Below are positions 47,704-58,540 of a stretch of DNA of 64,000 bases, piece after piece. How positions within the stretch are numbered: the stretch's first letter is position 1; every line of letters starts with the position of its first letter. The translations under genes were made by a program, and so were the position numbers. The notes beneath the pieces are model-generated. The model ran no database searches, was not told where the DNA came from, and was given only the letters and a program-made list of their open reading frames with translations. The stretch is from Enterobacteria phage Aplg8. The stretch lies in the sequence record NC_054902.1. One strand, given 5' to 3'.

Positions 47704-49269
47704 ATGACTATCAAAACTAAAGCTGAACTTTTGAACAAATGGAAGCCATTACTGGAAGGTGAAGGTTTACCGGAAATTGCTAATAGCAAACAAGCGATTA
47801 TCGCTAAAATCTTTGAAAACCAGGAAAAAGATTTCCAGACAGCTCCGGAATATAAAGACGAAAAAATTGCTCAGGCATTCGGTTCTTTCTTAACAGAAGC
47901 TGAAATCGGTGGTGACCACGGTTACAATGCTACCAACATCGCTGCAGGTCAGACTTCTGGCGCAGTAACTCAGATTGGCCCGGCTGTTATGGGTATGGTA
48001 CGTCGTGCTATTCCTAACCTGATTGCTTTCGATATTTGCGGTGTTCAACCGATGAGCAGCCCAACCGGTCAGGTATTCGCACTCCGCGCGGTATATGGTA
48101 AAGATCCGATCGCTGCCGGTGCTAAAGAAGCATTCCACCCAATGTATGGTCCAGATGCAATGTTCTCTGGTCAGGGTGCTGCTAAGAAATTCCCAGCTCT
48201 GGCTGCTAGCACAGAAACCACAGTAGGTGATATCTATACTCACTTCTTCCAGGACACTGGTACTGTGTATCTGCAAGCTTCTGCTCAAGTAACAATTAGT
48301 GCAAGCGCAACTGATGCAGATAAATTAGATGCTGAAATTAAGAAACAAATGGAAGCTGGTGCACTGGTAGAAATCGCTGAAGGTATGGCTACTTCTATCG
48401 CTGAACTCCAGGAAGGTTTCAATGGTTCTACCGATAACCCATGGAATGAAATGGGCTTCCGTATCGATAAACAAGTTATCGAAGCTAAATCTCGTCAGCT
48501 GAAAGCTGCTTACTCTATCGAATTAGCACAGGACCTCCGCGCTGTTCACGGTATGGATGCTGATGCTGAACTGTCTGGCATTCTGGCTACAGAAATTATG
48601 CTGGAAATCAACCGTGAAGTTGTTGATTGGATTAACTACTCAGCTCAGGTTGGTAAATCTGGTATGACCCTAACTCCGGGTTCTAAAGCTGGTGTATTTG
48701 ACTTCCAGGATCCGATTGATATTCGTGGTGCTCGCTGGGCAGGTGAATCCTTTAAAGCTCTGTTGTTCCAGATTGACAAAGAAGCAGTTGAAATTGCTCG
48801 TCAGACTGGTCGCGGCGAAGGTAACTTCATTATCGCTTCCCGTAACGTAGTTAACGTTCTGGCTTCAGTTGATACTGGCATTTCTTATGCTGCACAGGGT
48901 CTGGCTACCGGCTTTAACACTGATACTACCAAGTCAGTATTTGCTGGTGTTCTGGGTGGTAAATACCGTGTATATATCGACCAGTATGCTAAACAGGATT
49001 ATTTCACTGTAGGTTATAAAGGTCCGAACGAAATGGATGCTGGTATTTACTATGCTCCATATGTAGCTCTGACTCCGCTGCGTGGTTCCGATCCGAAGAA
49101 CTTCCAACCAGTAATGGGATTCAAAACTCGTTACGGTATCGGTATCAACCCATTTGCAGAATCCGCTGCTCAGGCTCCGGCTTCTCGCATCCAGAGCGGT
49201 ATGCCTTCTATTCTGAATAGCCTTGGTAAAAACGCTTACTTCCGCCGTGTATATGTTAAAGGTATCTAA
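47704..49269 (+). CDS. 23: major capsid protein gp23
   Basis: 521 aa; synteny. Confidence 0.97.
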   Translation: MTIKTKAELLNKWKPLLEGEGLPEIANSKQAIIAKIFENQEKDFQTAPEYKDEKIAQAFGSFLTEAEIGGDHGYNATNIAAGQTSGAVTQIGPAVMGMVRRAIPNLIAFDICGVQPMSSPTGQVFALRAVYGKDPIAAGAKEAFHPMYGPDAMFSGQGAAKKFPALAASTETTVGDIYTHFFQDTGTVYLQASAQVTISASATDADKLDAEIKKQMEAGALVEIAEGMATSIAELQEGFNGSTDNPWNEMGFRIDKQVIEAKSRQLKAAYSIELAQDLRAVHGMDADAELSGILATEIMLEINREVVDWINYSAQVGKSGMTLTPGSKAGVFDFQDPIDIRGARWAGESFKALLFQIDKEAVEIARQTGRGEGNFIIASRNVVNVLASVDTGISYAAQGLATGFNTDTTKSVFAGVLGGKYRVYIDQYAKQDYFTVGYKGPNEMDAGIYYAPYVALTPLRGSDPKNFQPVMGFKTRYGIGINPFAESAAQAPASRIQSGMPSILNSLGKNAYFRRVYVKGI

Positions 49270-49284
49270 TCTTTGACGATTTAA

Positions 49285-49313
49285 GGGACCTTCGGGTCCC
49301 TTTAGTTGTTTTT
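49285..49313 (+). terminator. rho-independent terminator after gene 23
   Basis: GGGACC-TTCG-GGTCCC hairpin followed by T-rich tract. Confidence 0.7.
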
Positions 49314-49317
49314 ATGG

Positions 49318-49325
49318 TATAAATA
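49318..49325 (+). promoter_or_regulatory. T4 late promoter for gene 24
   Basis: Exact TATAAATA 27 nt upstream of gene 24 ATG. Confidence 0.6.
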
Positions 49326-49352
49326 AATCATATAAACCAAAAGGAAAGCGCA

Positions 49353-50636
49353 ATGGCTAAAATCAACGAACTTCTGCGCGAATCAACCACAACGAATAGC
49401 AACTCAATCGGTCGCCCAAATCTCGTTGCTTTGACTCGCGCTACCACTAAATTAATATATTCTGACATTGTAGCAACGCAAAGAACTAATCAACCTGTTG
49501 CTGCTTTTTATGGTATCAAATACCTTAATCCAGATAACGAATTTACATTTAAAACTGGTGCTACTTACGCTGGCGAAGCTGGATATGTAGACCGAGAACA
49601 AATCACAGAATTAACAGAAGAGTCTAAATTAACTCTCAATAAAGGCGATTTATTCAAATATAATAATATCGTTTATAAAGTATTAGAAGATACACCATTT
49701 GCTGATATTGAAGAAAGCGATTTAGAATTAGCTCTTCAGATTGCAATTGTTCTTTTAAAGGTTCGTTTATTTTCTGATGCTGCAGTAACAAGCAAATTTG
49801 AAAGCTCTGATAGTGAAATTGCGGATGCTAGATTCCAGATTAATAAATGGCAAACCGCAGTTAAATCTCGTAAACTTAAAACTGGCATTACGGTTGAATT
49901 AGCACAAGATTTAGAAGCAAATGGATTCGATGCTCCTAATTTCTTGGAAGATTTGCTTGCAACTGAAATGGCGGATGAAATCAATAAAGATATTCTGCAG
50001 TCTTTGATTACAGTATCAAAACGTTATAAAGTTACAGGAATTACTGATACTGGATTCATCGATTTGAGTTATGCATCTGCACCTGAAGCTGGTCGTTCAT
50101 TATACCGAATGGTATGTGAAATGGTTTCGCATATCCAAAAAGAATCAACTTATACAGCAACGTTCTGTGTTGCTTCTGCTCGTGCCGCTGCGATTCTTGC
50201 TGCATCAGGTTGGTTAAAACATAAACCAGAAGATGACAAATATCTTTCACAAAATGCCTACGGGTTCTTAGCTAATGGTTTACCGCTTTATTGCGATACC
50301 AACAGCCCATTAGATTATGTAATCGTTGGCGTAGTAGAAAATATCGGTGAAAAAGAAATTGTTGGATCAATTTTCTATGCTCCATATACAGAAGGTCTTG
50401 ACTTAGATGACCCTGAACATGTAGGTGCATTTAAAGTTGTAGTTGATCCAGAAAGTTTGCAGCCATCTATCGGTTTATTGGTTAGATATGCTTTATCTGC
50501 AAATCCTTATACTGTAGCAAAAGATGAAAAAGAAGCAAGAATAATTGATGGTGGAGACATGGATAAAATGGCGGGTCGTTCAGATTTGTCTGTTTTATTA
50601 GGTGTTAAGCTACCAAAAATTATCGTTGATGAATAA
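49353..50636 (+). CDS. 24: capsid vertex protein gp24
   Basis: 427 aa; gp23-like; no segD-like ORF between 23 and 24. Confidence 0.95.
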   Translation: MAKINELLRESTTTNSNSIGRPNLVALTRATTKLIYSDIVATQRTNQPVAAFYGIKYLNPDNEFTFKTGATYAGEAGYVDREQITELTEESKLTLNKGDLFKYNNIVYKVLEDTPFADIEESDLELALQIAIVLLKVRLFSDAAVTSKFESSDSEIADARFQINKWQTAVKSRKLKTGITVELAQDLEANGFDAPNFLEDLLATEMADEINKDILQSLITVSKRYKVTGITDTGFIDLSYASAPEAGRSLYRMVCEMVSHIQKESTYTATFCVASARAAAILAASGWLKHKPEDDKYLSQNAYGFLANGLPLYCDTNSPLDYVIVGVVENIGEKEIVGSIFYAPYTEGLDLDDPEHVGAFKVVVDPESLQPSIGLLVRYALSANPYTVAKDEKEARIIDGGDMDKMAGRSDLSVLLGVKLPKIIVDE

Positions 50637-50642
50637 AACAAA

Positions 50643-50663
50643 GGGACCGAAAGGTCCCTTTTT
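50643..50663. terminator. bidirectional terminator between gene 24 and rnlB
   Basis: GGGACC-GAAA-GGTCCC with T5 on plus side and A-run on the other. Confidence 0.65.
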
Positions 50664-50665
50664 AT

Positions 50666-51670
50666 TTAACTTACCAATTCAATCCAAGCCGGACGAAGTA
50701 CATCTTGTACCATTTTAACTAATTCCTTCTTAATCAAGGAAGGATTATCCGCTTGAGTTAAAGTAATACCTTCACGAGAAGTTTCTTCCAAAATATCTTG
50801 AACAGTTAGCCCCATCACCTTTCCAAAATCCTTTGGACCAATTTCGCCAATTTTAGAAATAACGTTATTTACCCGGTTCAGTGTAACGTAACAAGCTAAA
50901 ATTCCCACCAATTTGTTATCAGCTTCTGATAGTTCAACTTTAGCTTTAATAGGCTTATCAGACTTTTTCTTTTCACTAAATTTGGAATTCTTGCATTTAA
51001 TCGCTACACGATTGCGATTAGGCAGCCAAGAAGGATAACAAGGTTTCAATACATATCCTTCAGCGGTAAATACTTCGCCTTTTGCTTCGGCATTCCAAAC
51101 GCATTTATTTGCATCAACTAATCCAGCATGGTCTACTGTAAAATTATAATCTTGGACGACAGAATCTAAATCATTTGGCAATTTAATAAGCTCTTCAAAT
51201 TTACCGCGACCTAAAAGTGGAGCCATTTTAAATTTAAATGTATTGCAGAATGATTCCATCATATAATCGTCGACATAAGTCACATCGCCACTTTCTGTAG
51301 TGACAATAATGTCAAATACATAAAAATCTTTATCACCATAATCGACATTCTTCTGAATGCCAGGTCCAGCGAATTCGCCAAAGACTTGATAAGATACAAC
51401 CGCTGAGGTTTCCATAATATCTTGTACTGCTTTAATGGAATCAGCGTAATTCTTTAGAATAATTTCATACCCAAAGAAATCTTCAGCAGGAAGAATAGGA
51501 CCAGTACGTTTAGCGCAAGTTACTTTATCACGCTCAATAATCAATGAGAAATTTGTGCCGTGAATCTTTTCACGAGCTACCCATTCGCCGCCAGTCAATC
51601 CCAAGCTGTAAAGTTTTTCAATAAATTTAGAGTTGTAATGATTTTCAAGACTGCTATACTTTTTAAACAT
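50666..51670 (-). CDS. rnlB: RNA ligase 2
   Basis: 334 aa; nucleotidyltransferase motif I KIHGTN. Confidence 0.92.
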   Translation of the reverse strand: MFKKYSSLENHYNSKFIEKLYSLGLTGGEWVAREKIHGTNFSLIIERDKVTCAKRTGPILPAEDFFGYEIILKNYADSIKAVQDIMETSAVVSYQVFGEFAGPGIQKNVDYGDKDFYVFDIIVTTESGDVTYVDDYMMESFCNTFKFKMAPLLGRGKFEELIKLPNDLDSVVQDYNFTVDHAGLVDANKCVWNAEAKGEVFTAEGYVLKPCYPSWLPNRNRVAIKCKNSKFSEKKKSDKPIKAKVELSEADNKLVGILACYVTLNRVNNVISKIGEIGPKDFGKVMGLTVQDILEETSREGITLTQADNPSLIKKELVKMVQDVLRPAWIELVS

Positions 51671-51679
51671 AATTAATCC

Positions 51680-51964
51680 TCAAAATGTAATTTCTAACCA
51701 ATCACCATCACCATCACGCTGATCACTATTGACTTTAAAATTAAATCCTTCTTTTCTCAGCCAATCACCAATTTCTTCAGTAATCAATTTATCGCGAGCA
51801 GTACAATAATAACTAAAATATGTTTTACCTTGTTCAGCTGCTTTATTAGCAAGTTCTGAAAAATCTTTAATAAAACACTCTAGCTTAAACTGTTTACTTT
51901 TGAATGCTTTTTCGCGTAATTGATTAGCAAAAGATTCATTTTCATAAAGATCATACTGTTCCAT
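51680..51964 (-). CDS. 24.2: hypothetical protein 24.2
   Basis: 94 aa; synteny. Confidence 0.7.
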   Translation of the reverse strand: MEQYDLYENESFANQLREKAFKSKQFKLECFIKDFSELANKAAEQGKTYFSYYCTARDKLITEEIGDWLRKEGFNFKVNSDQRDGDGDWLEITF

Positions 51965-52166
51965 TTTTCACCTTTTTATTGATATGTCTTTTTCTATAGA
52001 CAACTTTTTCTCGAGTTTCAAATTTATTCTTAGCAGTCATAGCTCGAGCCCATAATACAGCCACTTCTTTCGCCTGTAAATTTAATTCACGAGCAATTTC
52101 AATGAATGACTTTCCAGACTCATGAAGAGTAAACACCACAACCTCAGTTCTCATAATTAATCTCAT
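51951..52166 (-). CDS. 24.3: hypothetical protein 24.3
   Basis: 71 aa; synteny. Confidence 0.65.
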   Translation of the reverse strand: MRLIMRTEVVVFTLHESGKSFIEIARELNLQAKEVAVLWARAMTAKNKFETREKVVYRKRHINKKVKNGTV

Positions 52167-52228
52167 GTTATCGAGTTGGTGCCATTATATACATCATTTT
52201 CTGATTGTGTTTTGTGTGCTTTCAAAAT

Positions 52229-52249
52229 GAAGAAAGGGGCCGAAGCCCC
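52229..52249 (-). terminator. terminator downstream of hoc
   Basis: Minus strand GGGGC-TTCG-GCCCC followed by T-rich tract. Confidence 0.55.
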
Positions 52250-52254
52250 TACGA

Positions 52255-53385
52255 TTATGGATAGGTATAGATGATACCAGTTTCTAAAGCAGTTTTGTGA
52301 ATGATGTATCCATTACGCGATTCTTGGACATCAACTTCTGGATAATCTTTCATCATCTTCTGAAGAGTGTAACGATGCAGGTAGTATTTACTATCTGGAT
52401 CTTCAGTTTTCCAATCTTTACCTTCTTCAGTCATTTTTTGAATTTCATCCATAACCCACCAACCGCACCAGATATAAGCTGAAGTACGATGTGGAAGAGG
52501 ATGAACATAAGGCAATTCACCTTCTGGTTCTGGAGCAACTTTATCAGTTACCTGAACTTGACCTTCTGCTGTGATAGTTTTGCTATCATAGTCATCTGCA
52601 GTAACGACGGCAGTCACTTCAATAGTTTGACTTCCAACAGATGAAGTATCAACGGTATATACATTAGTTGACCCTTCTACAGGAGAAGAATCTTTCTTCC
52701 ATGAATACGCAATTTGCGCTTCTTCTGGAGCATCAGTGACATTAGCAGTAAATGTAGCCGAAGCATCTTGTTGAACGTTAATAGAAGGAGGAGTCAATGT
52801 AACCTGTGGATTCATTGTCTTCTTATTAACTGTTAATGATACTTCATTAGAAGTAACTTCCTTTGCATCATAATCTGTCGCGGTTACTTGAGCCACACAC
52901 TTAATTGTTTTAACTCCGCTTGTGGTAGGAGTGTAATTGAATGTAGTAGAAGTTGCTTCGCCTACAGGAGAACCGTCAACGTGCCATTGATACGTAGCAG
53001 ATGCGCCTGGTGGTTGAGAAGCTAAGGCAGCAGTAAATTGAACTGGGGTTCCAATTACTCCAGCTGAAGGACTATCGGGAGTTACTGCCAAGGTAGTCGT
53101 CTGTGTCTTATTTTGAACTGTGATAGTTGTAGTAGCTTCTGCTGTTTCAGCTTCAGCTTCTGGAACTGTATTTGTTGCAACAACTTTAATAGTCTTTTGA
53201 CCAGCAGGACCTTTTAATACATAATCAAAAGTTGCTTCAGACCCATCTTGTGGAGCATTATCTACACTCCAAGCATAAGTAATAGTTCCACCTCCAGTTT
53301 CACCACTGGGTGCAGCAGTAAACTGCTTGGTTTCATCAATAACCCCTGTCGGTGTTTTAGGAGTTATATCAACTGTAAAAGCCAT
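52255..53385 (-). CDS. hoc: highly immunogenic outer capsid protein
   Basis: 376 aa; repeated Ig-like segments. Confidence 0.92.
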   Translation of the reverse strand: MAFTVDITPKTPTGVIDETKQFTAAPSGETGGGTITYAWSVDNAPQDGSEATFDYVLKGPAGQKTIKVVATNTVPEAEAETAEATTTITVQNKTQTTTLAVTPDSPSAGVIGTPVQFTAALASQPPGASATYQWHVDGSPVGEATSTTFNYTPTTSGVKTIKCVAQVTATDYDAKEVTSNEVSLTVNKKTMNPQVTLTPPSINVQQDASATFTANVTDAPEEAQIAYSWKKDSSPVEGSTNVYTVDTSSVGSQTIEVTAVVTADDYDSKTITAEGQVQVTDKVAPEPEGELPYVHPLPHRTSAYIWCGWWVMDEIQKMTEEGKDWKTEDPDSKYYLHRYTLQKMMKDYPEVDVQESRNGYIIHKTALETGIIYTYP

Positions 53386-53394
53386 AAGTTATCC

Positions 53395-54075
53395 TTATTT
53401 TAATGTTACGAAAGAAGAATTGCGTGTTTCACGAATTAAAACTGATCCGTCACGGTTAATGTAATAAATTAAGCTAAATAAAGTTTGGTGTGCTGATGCA
53501 TGCTCAAAACTAGTTGGGTGAGATTTCCAATCCGGAGTTTCAGCAATCCATTGATAAATCCACCAAGGAACAGTGCAGAATCCTGGATTTTTTCCAATCA
53601 GCTGAAGATTTGGGCTAAAGTTTTCCGGAAGAGTAAATACAGACGGCTTTTCAGATTCAATAATCTCAGCTACAGCCTGTTCAAATTTTTCTTCAACAAA
53701 AGGAGTATCTTCAATCAAAACATCGGTATTTTCAGGAATTTTATCCTTTTCTACTACTTCAATTTTAATGTCAGATTTAACCGGAGAATCAATCAGAAGT
53801 GCTGCTTCTGGATTGACTTCTTCATCGTCATATTTTAATCCCTCTGCGGCATCAGCAGCATCAATTAAGTCTTTAATAGATAACCCATCAGTCTCTGGCA
53901 TAGGTTCACTAGCAAGCTTCTGGAGGGCTTCTTCAATATCAACAACGATATTATCAAAAGATTTATTCTTTTTGACCTTTATACCAAACTGTTCAGCATA
54001 TTCAGCTAATTTAGCTTTAGCTTCTTTATTATCATCAAGAGCCTTCAGCTCTGCAATATAATCTTTATCTATCAT
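53395..54075 (-). CDS. inh: inhibitor of prohead protease
   Basis: 226 aa; synteny. Confidence 0.85.
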   Translation of the reverse strand: MIDKDYIAELKALDDNKEAKAKLAEYAEQFGIKVKKNKSFDNIVVDIEEALQKLASEPMPETDGLSIKDLIDAADAAEGLKYDDEEVNPEAALLIDSPVKSDIKIEVVEKDKIPENTDVLIEDTPFVEEKFEQAVAEIIESEKPSVFTLPENFSPNLQLIGKNPGFCTVPWWIYQWIAETPDWKSHPTSFEHASAHQTLFSLIYYINRDGSVLIRETRNSSFVTLK

Positions 54076-54088
54076 AATATTTCCTCAG

Positions 54089-54096
54089 TATAAATA
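54089..54096 (+). promoter_or_regulatory. T4 late promoter upstream of segE
   Basis: Exact TATAAATA 29 nt upstream of segE ATG. Confidence 0.5.
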
Positions 54097-54124
54097 TAGA
54101 TATATTTATTACTCGGAAAATAGT

Positions 54125-54742
54125 ATGTACCACTTTGTATATGAAACAACAAATCTAATAAATGGTAAAAAGTATATAGGAAAACACTCTACTGATGACT
54201 TGAATGATGGTTACCTTGGTTCCGGTAAGGCAATTCAGCAGGCTATAAAGAAATATGGTGAAAACAATTTCTCTAGAACAATACTAAAAGAGTTTAAAAC
54301 TTCCGAAGAAGCGTACATGTATGAAGAAGAAATTATAACTCCTGAAATAATAAAAAGCAAAAATTATTATAATATGAAACCTGGTGGAATTGGTGGAATT
54401 GTTATGACTACAGAGGTTATAGCAAAGATGAAAGAATCTTCCGCTAAGAGATTTGAAAACTCACCGGGCACGGTATTAGGTACAACTTGTTACACTAATG
54501 GAACTAAAAATATTTTTATTAAACCTGGAGAACTTGTTCCAGAAGGATTTGTAAAAGGGATGGTTCATCCTAATAGAAAGTCCAGAAAAGGATGTAAAGT
54601 CAAACCGACTACCACAGGAACTTTTTGGGTCAATAATGGTGCAATAAATAAATTAATACAACCAGACGGTATTATTCCCGACGGATTTATTAAAGGTCGT
54701 CTCATGAAAAGAGATTCTAAAGGCAAATTTAGTAAGGCATAA
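54125..54742 (+). CDS. segE: GIY-YIG homing endonuclease SegE
   Basis: 205 aa; N-terminal GIY-YIG-type motif FVYETTNLINGKKYIGK. Confidence 0.9.
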   Translation: MYHFVYETTNLINGKKYIGKHSTDDLNDGYLGSGKAIQQAIKKYGENNFSRTILKEFKTSEEAYMYEEEIITPEIIKSKNYYNMKPGGIGGIVMTTEVIAKMKESSAKRFENSPGTVLGTTCYTNGTKNIFIKPGELVPEGFVKGMVHPNRKSRKGCKVKPTTTGTFWVNNGAINKLIQPDGIIPDGFIKGRLMKRDSKGKFSKA

Positions 54743-54744
54743 TT

Positions 54745-56253
54745 ATGGATATTAAAGTACATTTTCACGACTTCAGCCATGTACGCATCGATTGTGAAGA
54801 GAGCACGTTCCACGAATTAAGAGATTTCTTTTCGTTTGAGGCCGATGGATATAGGTTTAATCCTCGCTTCAGATATGGCAACTGGGATGGACGAATCCGT
54901 CTTTTAGATTATAATCGTCTTCTTCCATTCGGCTTAGTCGGGCAAATTAAAAAGTTCTGTGATAACTTTGGCTATAAAGCCTGGATTGACCCACAAATTA
55001 ACGAAAAAGAAGAATTATCAAGAAAAGATTTTGATGAATGGCTTTCTAAATTAGAAATCTATTCAGGAAATAAAAGAATTGAACCACACTGGTATCAAAA
55101 AGATGCAGTGTTCGAAGGATTAGTTAATCGTCGTAGAATTCTTAATCTTCCAACATCTGCAGGTAAATCTTTAATTCAAGCTTTGCTTGCGCGATATTAT
55201 TTGGAAAATTATGAAGGTAAAATTCTTATCATTGTTCCAACAACTGCTCTGACAACTCAGATGGCTGATGACTTCGTCGACTATCGTTTATTCAGTCATG
55301 CAATGATAAAGAAAATTGGCGGCGGAGCATCAAAAGATGATAAATATAAAAATGATGCACCAGTCGTTGTTGGTACATGGCAAACTGTAGTTAAACAACC
55401 GAAAGAATGGTTCTCACAGTTTGGAATGATGATGAATGATGAATGCCATCTTGCTACAGGAAAAAGTATTTCATCTATCATATCAGGTTTAAATAACTGC
55501 ATGTTCAAATTCGGTTTGTCCGGTTCATTACGTGATGGCAAAGCTAATATCATGCAGTATGTTGGAATGTTTGGTGAAATATTTAAGCCAGTAACGACTT
55601 CTAAATTAATGGAAGATGGGCAAGTAACTGAGCTAAAAATTAATAGTATTTTTCTTCGCTATCCCGATGAGTTCACTACTAAATTAAAGGGAAAAACTTA
55701 TCAAGAAGAAATAAAAATTATTACTGGGCTTAGTAAAAGAAATAAATGGATCGCTAAATTAGCTATTAAGCTTGCGCAAAAAGATGAAAACGCTTTTGTC
55801 ATGTTTAAACATGTATCACATGGTAAAGCTATTTTCGATTTAATTAAAAATGAATACGATAAAGTTTATTACGTATCAGGGGAAGTTGATACCGAAACCC
55901 GCAATATAATGAAAACCTTAGCTGAAAATGGTAAAGGAATAATTATAGTAGCTAGTTATGGTGTATTTTCTACTGGTATTTCAGTTAAAAATCTGCATCA
56001 CGTTGTTTTAGCGCACGGTGTTAAATCAAAAATCATTGTATTACAAACAATCGGTCGTGTATTACGTAAGCATGGTTCTAAGACAATAGCAACAGTCTGG
56101 GACCTCATAGATGATTGTGGTGTTAAGCCAAAATCTGCTAATACGAAAAAGAAATATGTTCATTTGAACTATCTTTTAAAACACGGCATTGATCGTATTC
56201 AGCGCTACGCAGATGAAAAATTCAATTACGTAATGAAAACAGTTAATTTATAA
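54745..56253 (+). CDS. uvsW: UvsW DNA/RNA helicase
   Basis: 502 aa; SF2 helicase motifs PTSAGKS and DECH. Confidence 0.93.
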   Translation: MDIKVHFHDFSHVRIDCEESTFHELRDFFSFEADGYRFNPRFRYGNWDGRIRLLDYNRLLPFGLVGQIKKFCDNFGYKAWIDPQINEKEELSRKDFDEWLSKLEIYSGNKRIEPHWYQKDAVFEGLVNRRRILNLPTSAGKSLIQALLARYYLENYEGKILIIVPTTALTTQMADDFVDYRLFSHAMIKKIGGGASKDDKYKNDAPVVVGTWQTVVKQPKEWFSQFGMMMNDECHLATGKSISSIISGLNNCMFKFGLSGSLRDGKANIMQYVGMFGEIFKPVTTSKLMEDGQVTELKINSIFLRYPDEFTTKLKGKTYQEEIKIITGLSKRNKWIAKLAIKLAQKDENAFVMFKHVSHGKAIFDLIKNEYDKVYYVSGEVDTETRNIMKTLAENGKGIIIVASYGVFSTGISVKNLHHVVLAHGVKSKIIVLQTIGRVLRKHGSKTIATVWDLIDDCGVKPKSANTKKKYVHLNYLLKHGIDRIQRYADEKFNYVMKTVNL

Positions 56254-56254
56254 G

Positions 56255-56266
56255 GGCTTCGGCCCT
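56255..56266 (+). terminator. UUCG-loop hairpin after uvsW
   Basis: GGGC-TTCG-GCCC followed by TTTGG. Confidence 0.4.
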
Positions 56267-56509
56267 TTGGAGAAAAAGATGTTACTAGAATTTAAACAAT
56301 TTCTTTATGAAGCTTCTATTGATGAATTTATGGGTAAAATTGCCTCTTGTCAAACATTAGAAGGTTTAGAAGAACTTGAAGCTTATTATAAGAAAAGAGT
56401 CAAAGAAACTGAATTAAAAGATACTGATGACATCTCTGTGAGAGATGCTTTGGCAGGAAAAAGAGCTGAATTAGAAGATTCAGACGATGAAGTAGAAGAA
56501 AGCTTTTAA
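56267..56509 (+). CDS. uvsW.1: UvsW.1 small acidic protein
   Basis: 80 aa; synteny. Confidence 0.8.
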   Translation: MEKKMLLEFKQFLYEASIDEFMGKIASCQTLEGLEELEAYYKKRVKETELKDTDDISVRDALAGKRAELEDSDDEVEESF

Positions 56510-56564
56510 ATTAAAAAAGGCCCAACCAAAAAGGAAGGGCCAAAACTATAGACTAAAGGTCACA

Positions 56565-56732
56565 CTATAGCAAAAGTTGTGTTTCATTTAATTGTTCTTC
56601 CGAACTTTCTGAAACTGGTAGTTCTTTAATGTAATTATAGCAAGGCCCAGGATGTACAGGACCTTTGTCTGTTTCAACAACCAATGCAGAATCGATTGGA
56701 GTTTTACAGACAACACAAATCTTATCTGACAT
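56565..56732 (-). CDS. small Cys-containing protein (55 aa), uvsY.-2 position
   Basis: Hand-translated; GAGGAG SD then ATG at 56730-56732; CVVC motif. Confidence 0.5.
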   Translation of the reverse strand: MSDKICVVCKTPIDSALVVETDKGPVHPGPCYNYIKELPVSESSEEQLNETQLLL

Positions 56733-56760
56733 GATTGTCTCCTCTGAATTATATATCTAT

Positions 56761-56985
56761 TTATACAACTCTCATATGCATATCAATGCCCATATCTTTA
56801 GAATAAAAATATTCATCAAGATATCCGGCAAATTTTCCTTTAATATAAAGGACATCTTCACCGCATGGGTGGTCGGCCAGGATACGAATATCCTGACGCT
56901 TAAGATTATGCTTTTTCATTAAGAATTGAATTTCCGTTTCAAATTCTTCTTCATAATTAAAAGCATCATCAATGCTATATCTCAT
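56761..56985 (-). CDS. hypothetical protein, uvsY.-1 position
   Basis: 74 aa; synteny. Confidence 0.7.
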   Translation of the reverse strand: MRYSIDDAFNYEEEFETEIQFLMKKHNLKRQDIRILADHPCGEDVLYIKGKFAGYLDEYFYSKDMGIDMHMRVV

Positions 56986-57398
56986 TATTTTCCAGCCTCA
57001 AATGCCCGCATGTCTTGAATATGCTTAATAGCAAATCCGCGTGATTTGATAGCATCAAGAGCTCCACTACAGAAATCTAATAAAATCCCCCAATACTGCA
57101 GCGAGGTATCAACCTTTAAAACATCCTTATCAGCTGATAGAACTGTCTTCATTTCTGATTTCTCGTAACGATCCATACTAAATTCATCACCATCTCCTCG
57201 TCCCGAGTAGTAGTCTAATTTAGCTTTAAGAGCAACTTTTTTCTGTGCATCAATTCTAAGCATTTCCTTTTTAATACTTGAATGCTTATTAAGCCATTTA
57301 CTATATAACATCACATTATTAGCTGCTTCATACTGTAATTTAGTCGAATCTATAAACACATCTTTCTTCAATTCTTCTTGAAGATCTTCTAATCTCAT
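56985..57398 (-). CDS. uvsY: recombination mediator UvsY
   Basis: 137 aa; MRLEDLQEELKKDVFIDSTKLQYEAANN recognised. Confidence 0.93.
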   Translation of the reverse strand: MRLEDLQEELKKDVFIDSTKLQYEAANNVMLYSKWLNKHSSIKKEMLRIDAQKKVALKAKLDYYSGRGDGDEFSMDRYEKSEMKTVLSADKDVLKVDTSLQYWGILLDFCSGALDAIKSRGFAIKHIQDMRAFEAGK

Positions 57399-57464
57399 AT
57401 TGTTCTCTATTCAATTGTTATTGGATGGACTTAGATTCATTATACCACGTTTTAACGTGAAGCA

Positions 57465-57863
57465 TTATACTCTATTACTGGAAGCCAGTTGCAGTTTTAT
57501 CTGCTCAATATCATCGGGGTTATCGATGACCGAAAAGCGTATTTCTACTATCAGAGTATAATCATCATAAACGGGTATCACATTAACTGCTAATTTATCA
57601 ATACGTGGCTCATAGTTTCTTACTGCGCTTTCGATATTGCGCTCAACTGTGTCAGCAGTAAGAGGAGTCATATTTTCAAAAAGTTGGTCTGATAAATCAC
57701 ATCCAAATTCAGGGTCAAACGGTCTTGAACCTTTTCTTGTTGTAATAATTCCCAAAAGACTGTTTTTAATTGACCTTAATCCAAGCGATCTGGAAACGTC
57801 TTTGTTCCAATCCATTTTCATTTCCGGGTCAATGTCAGAATAAAGCTTATTAATATTTGACAT
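57465..57863 (-). CDS. 25: baseplate wedge protein gp25
   Basis: 132 aa; synteny. Confidence 0.93.
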   Translation of the reverse strand: MSNINKLYSDIDPEMKMDWNKDVSRSLGLRSIKNSLLGIITTRKGSRPFDPEFGCDLSDQLFENMTPLTADTVERNIESAVRNYEPRIDKLAVNVIPVYDDYTLIVEIRFSVIDNPDDIEQIKLQLASSNRV

Positions 57864-58489
57864 TATAGTAACTCAAAGAACTCTTTGAGGCCTCTTATTA
57901 CGTGAGCATGGGTTTTTCCACACTCTGGACACTTAATTGGAACAGCCAAATAAACAGTAGGCTTTAAAAGCATATCTTTTATAGCTACAATATCTGACTC
58001 TGTGATGATAGAATATAAATCTTCCAGTTCTTTTTCATTTAAGTCTTCAACTGGAATGCTTTCCCCGTTAGCATGAATCGTTTCTATGCATGATACTATC
58101 ATGTGGGCTATATTTTTATCATCAAAAATTTTAGGGTATCGGAATTTAATTTTAATGTCACCCAGTGTATACCAGAGGTCTTCTGGTGCATCTATTTGTG
58201 TATGTAATAGATTTATATGGGTTGGTATTTCAGTTCCACAGGTGCACTTCCAGGAGTTTTCGTGATTAACTTCACCGAGAGAATGTGCCCATAAATGAAT
58301 CAACAATAGTTCTGATTCTTGGCGGTTTAAATCTTTTGCATTTGTGCAGTCTTTGATTAGCTTTTTAACAATTACTTCTACGGAACCATTATTTTTGGCA
58401 GTAATAAGTTCTAGATATTCTTTAAGCGTGAATGCGCGACAATTGATTATTTTAGAACCAATTCTCACATCAAATTTGTATTCATACAT
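57863..58489 (-). CDS. 26: baseplate hub protein gp26
   Basis: 208 aa; synteny. Confidence 0.9.
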   Translation of the reverse strand: MYEYKFDVRIGSKIINCRAFTLKEYLELITAKNNGSVEVIVKKLIKDCTNAKDLNRQESELLLIHLWAHSLGEVNHENSWKCTCGTEIPTHINLLHTQIDAPEDLWYTLGDIKIKFRYPKIFDDKNIAHMIVSCIETIHANGESIPVEDLNEKELEDLYSIITESDIVAIKDMLLKPTVYLAVPIKCPECGKTHAHVIRGLKEFFELL

Positions 58490-58510
58490 ATTTTAGCTCC
58501 TTTATTTATC

Positions 58511-58518
58511 ATATTTAT
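58511..58518 (-). promoter_or_regulatory. T4 late promoter for gene 26 (divergent)
   Basis: TATAAATA on minus strand in the 26/51 divergent intergenic region. Confidence 0.5.
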
Positions 58519-58522
58519 AAAT
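58515..58522 (+). promoter_or_regulatory. T4 late promoter for gene 51 (divergent)
   Basis: Exact TATAAATA on plus strand, overlapping the minus-strand copy. Confidence 0.55.
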
Positions 58523-58540
58523 AGAATAAAAGGAGCATCT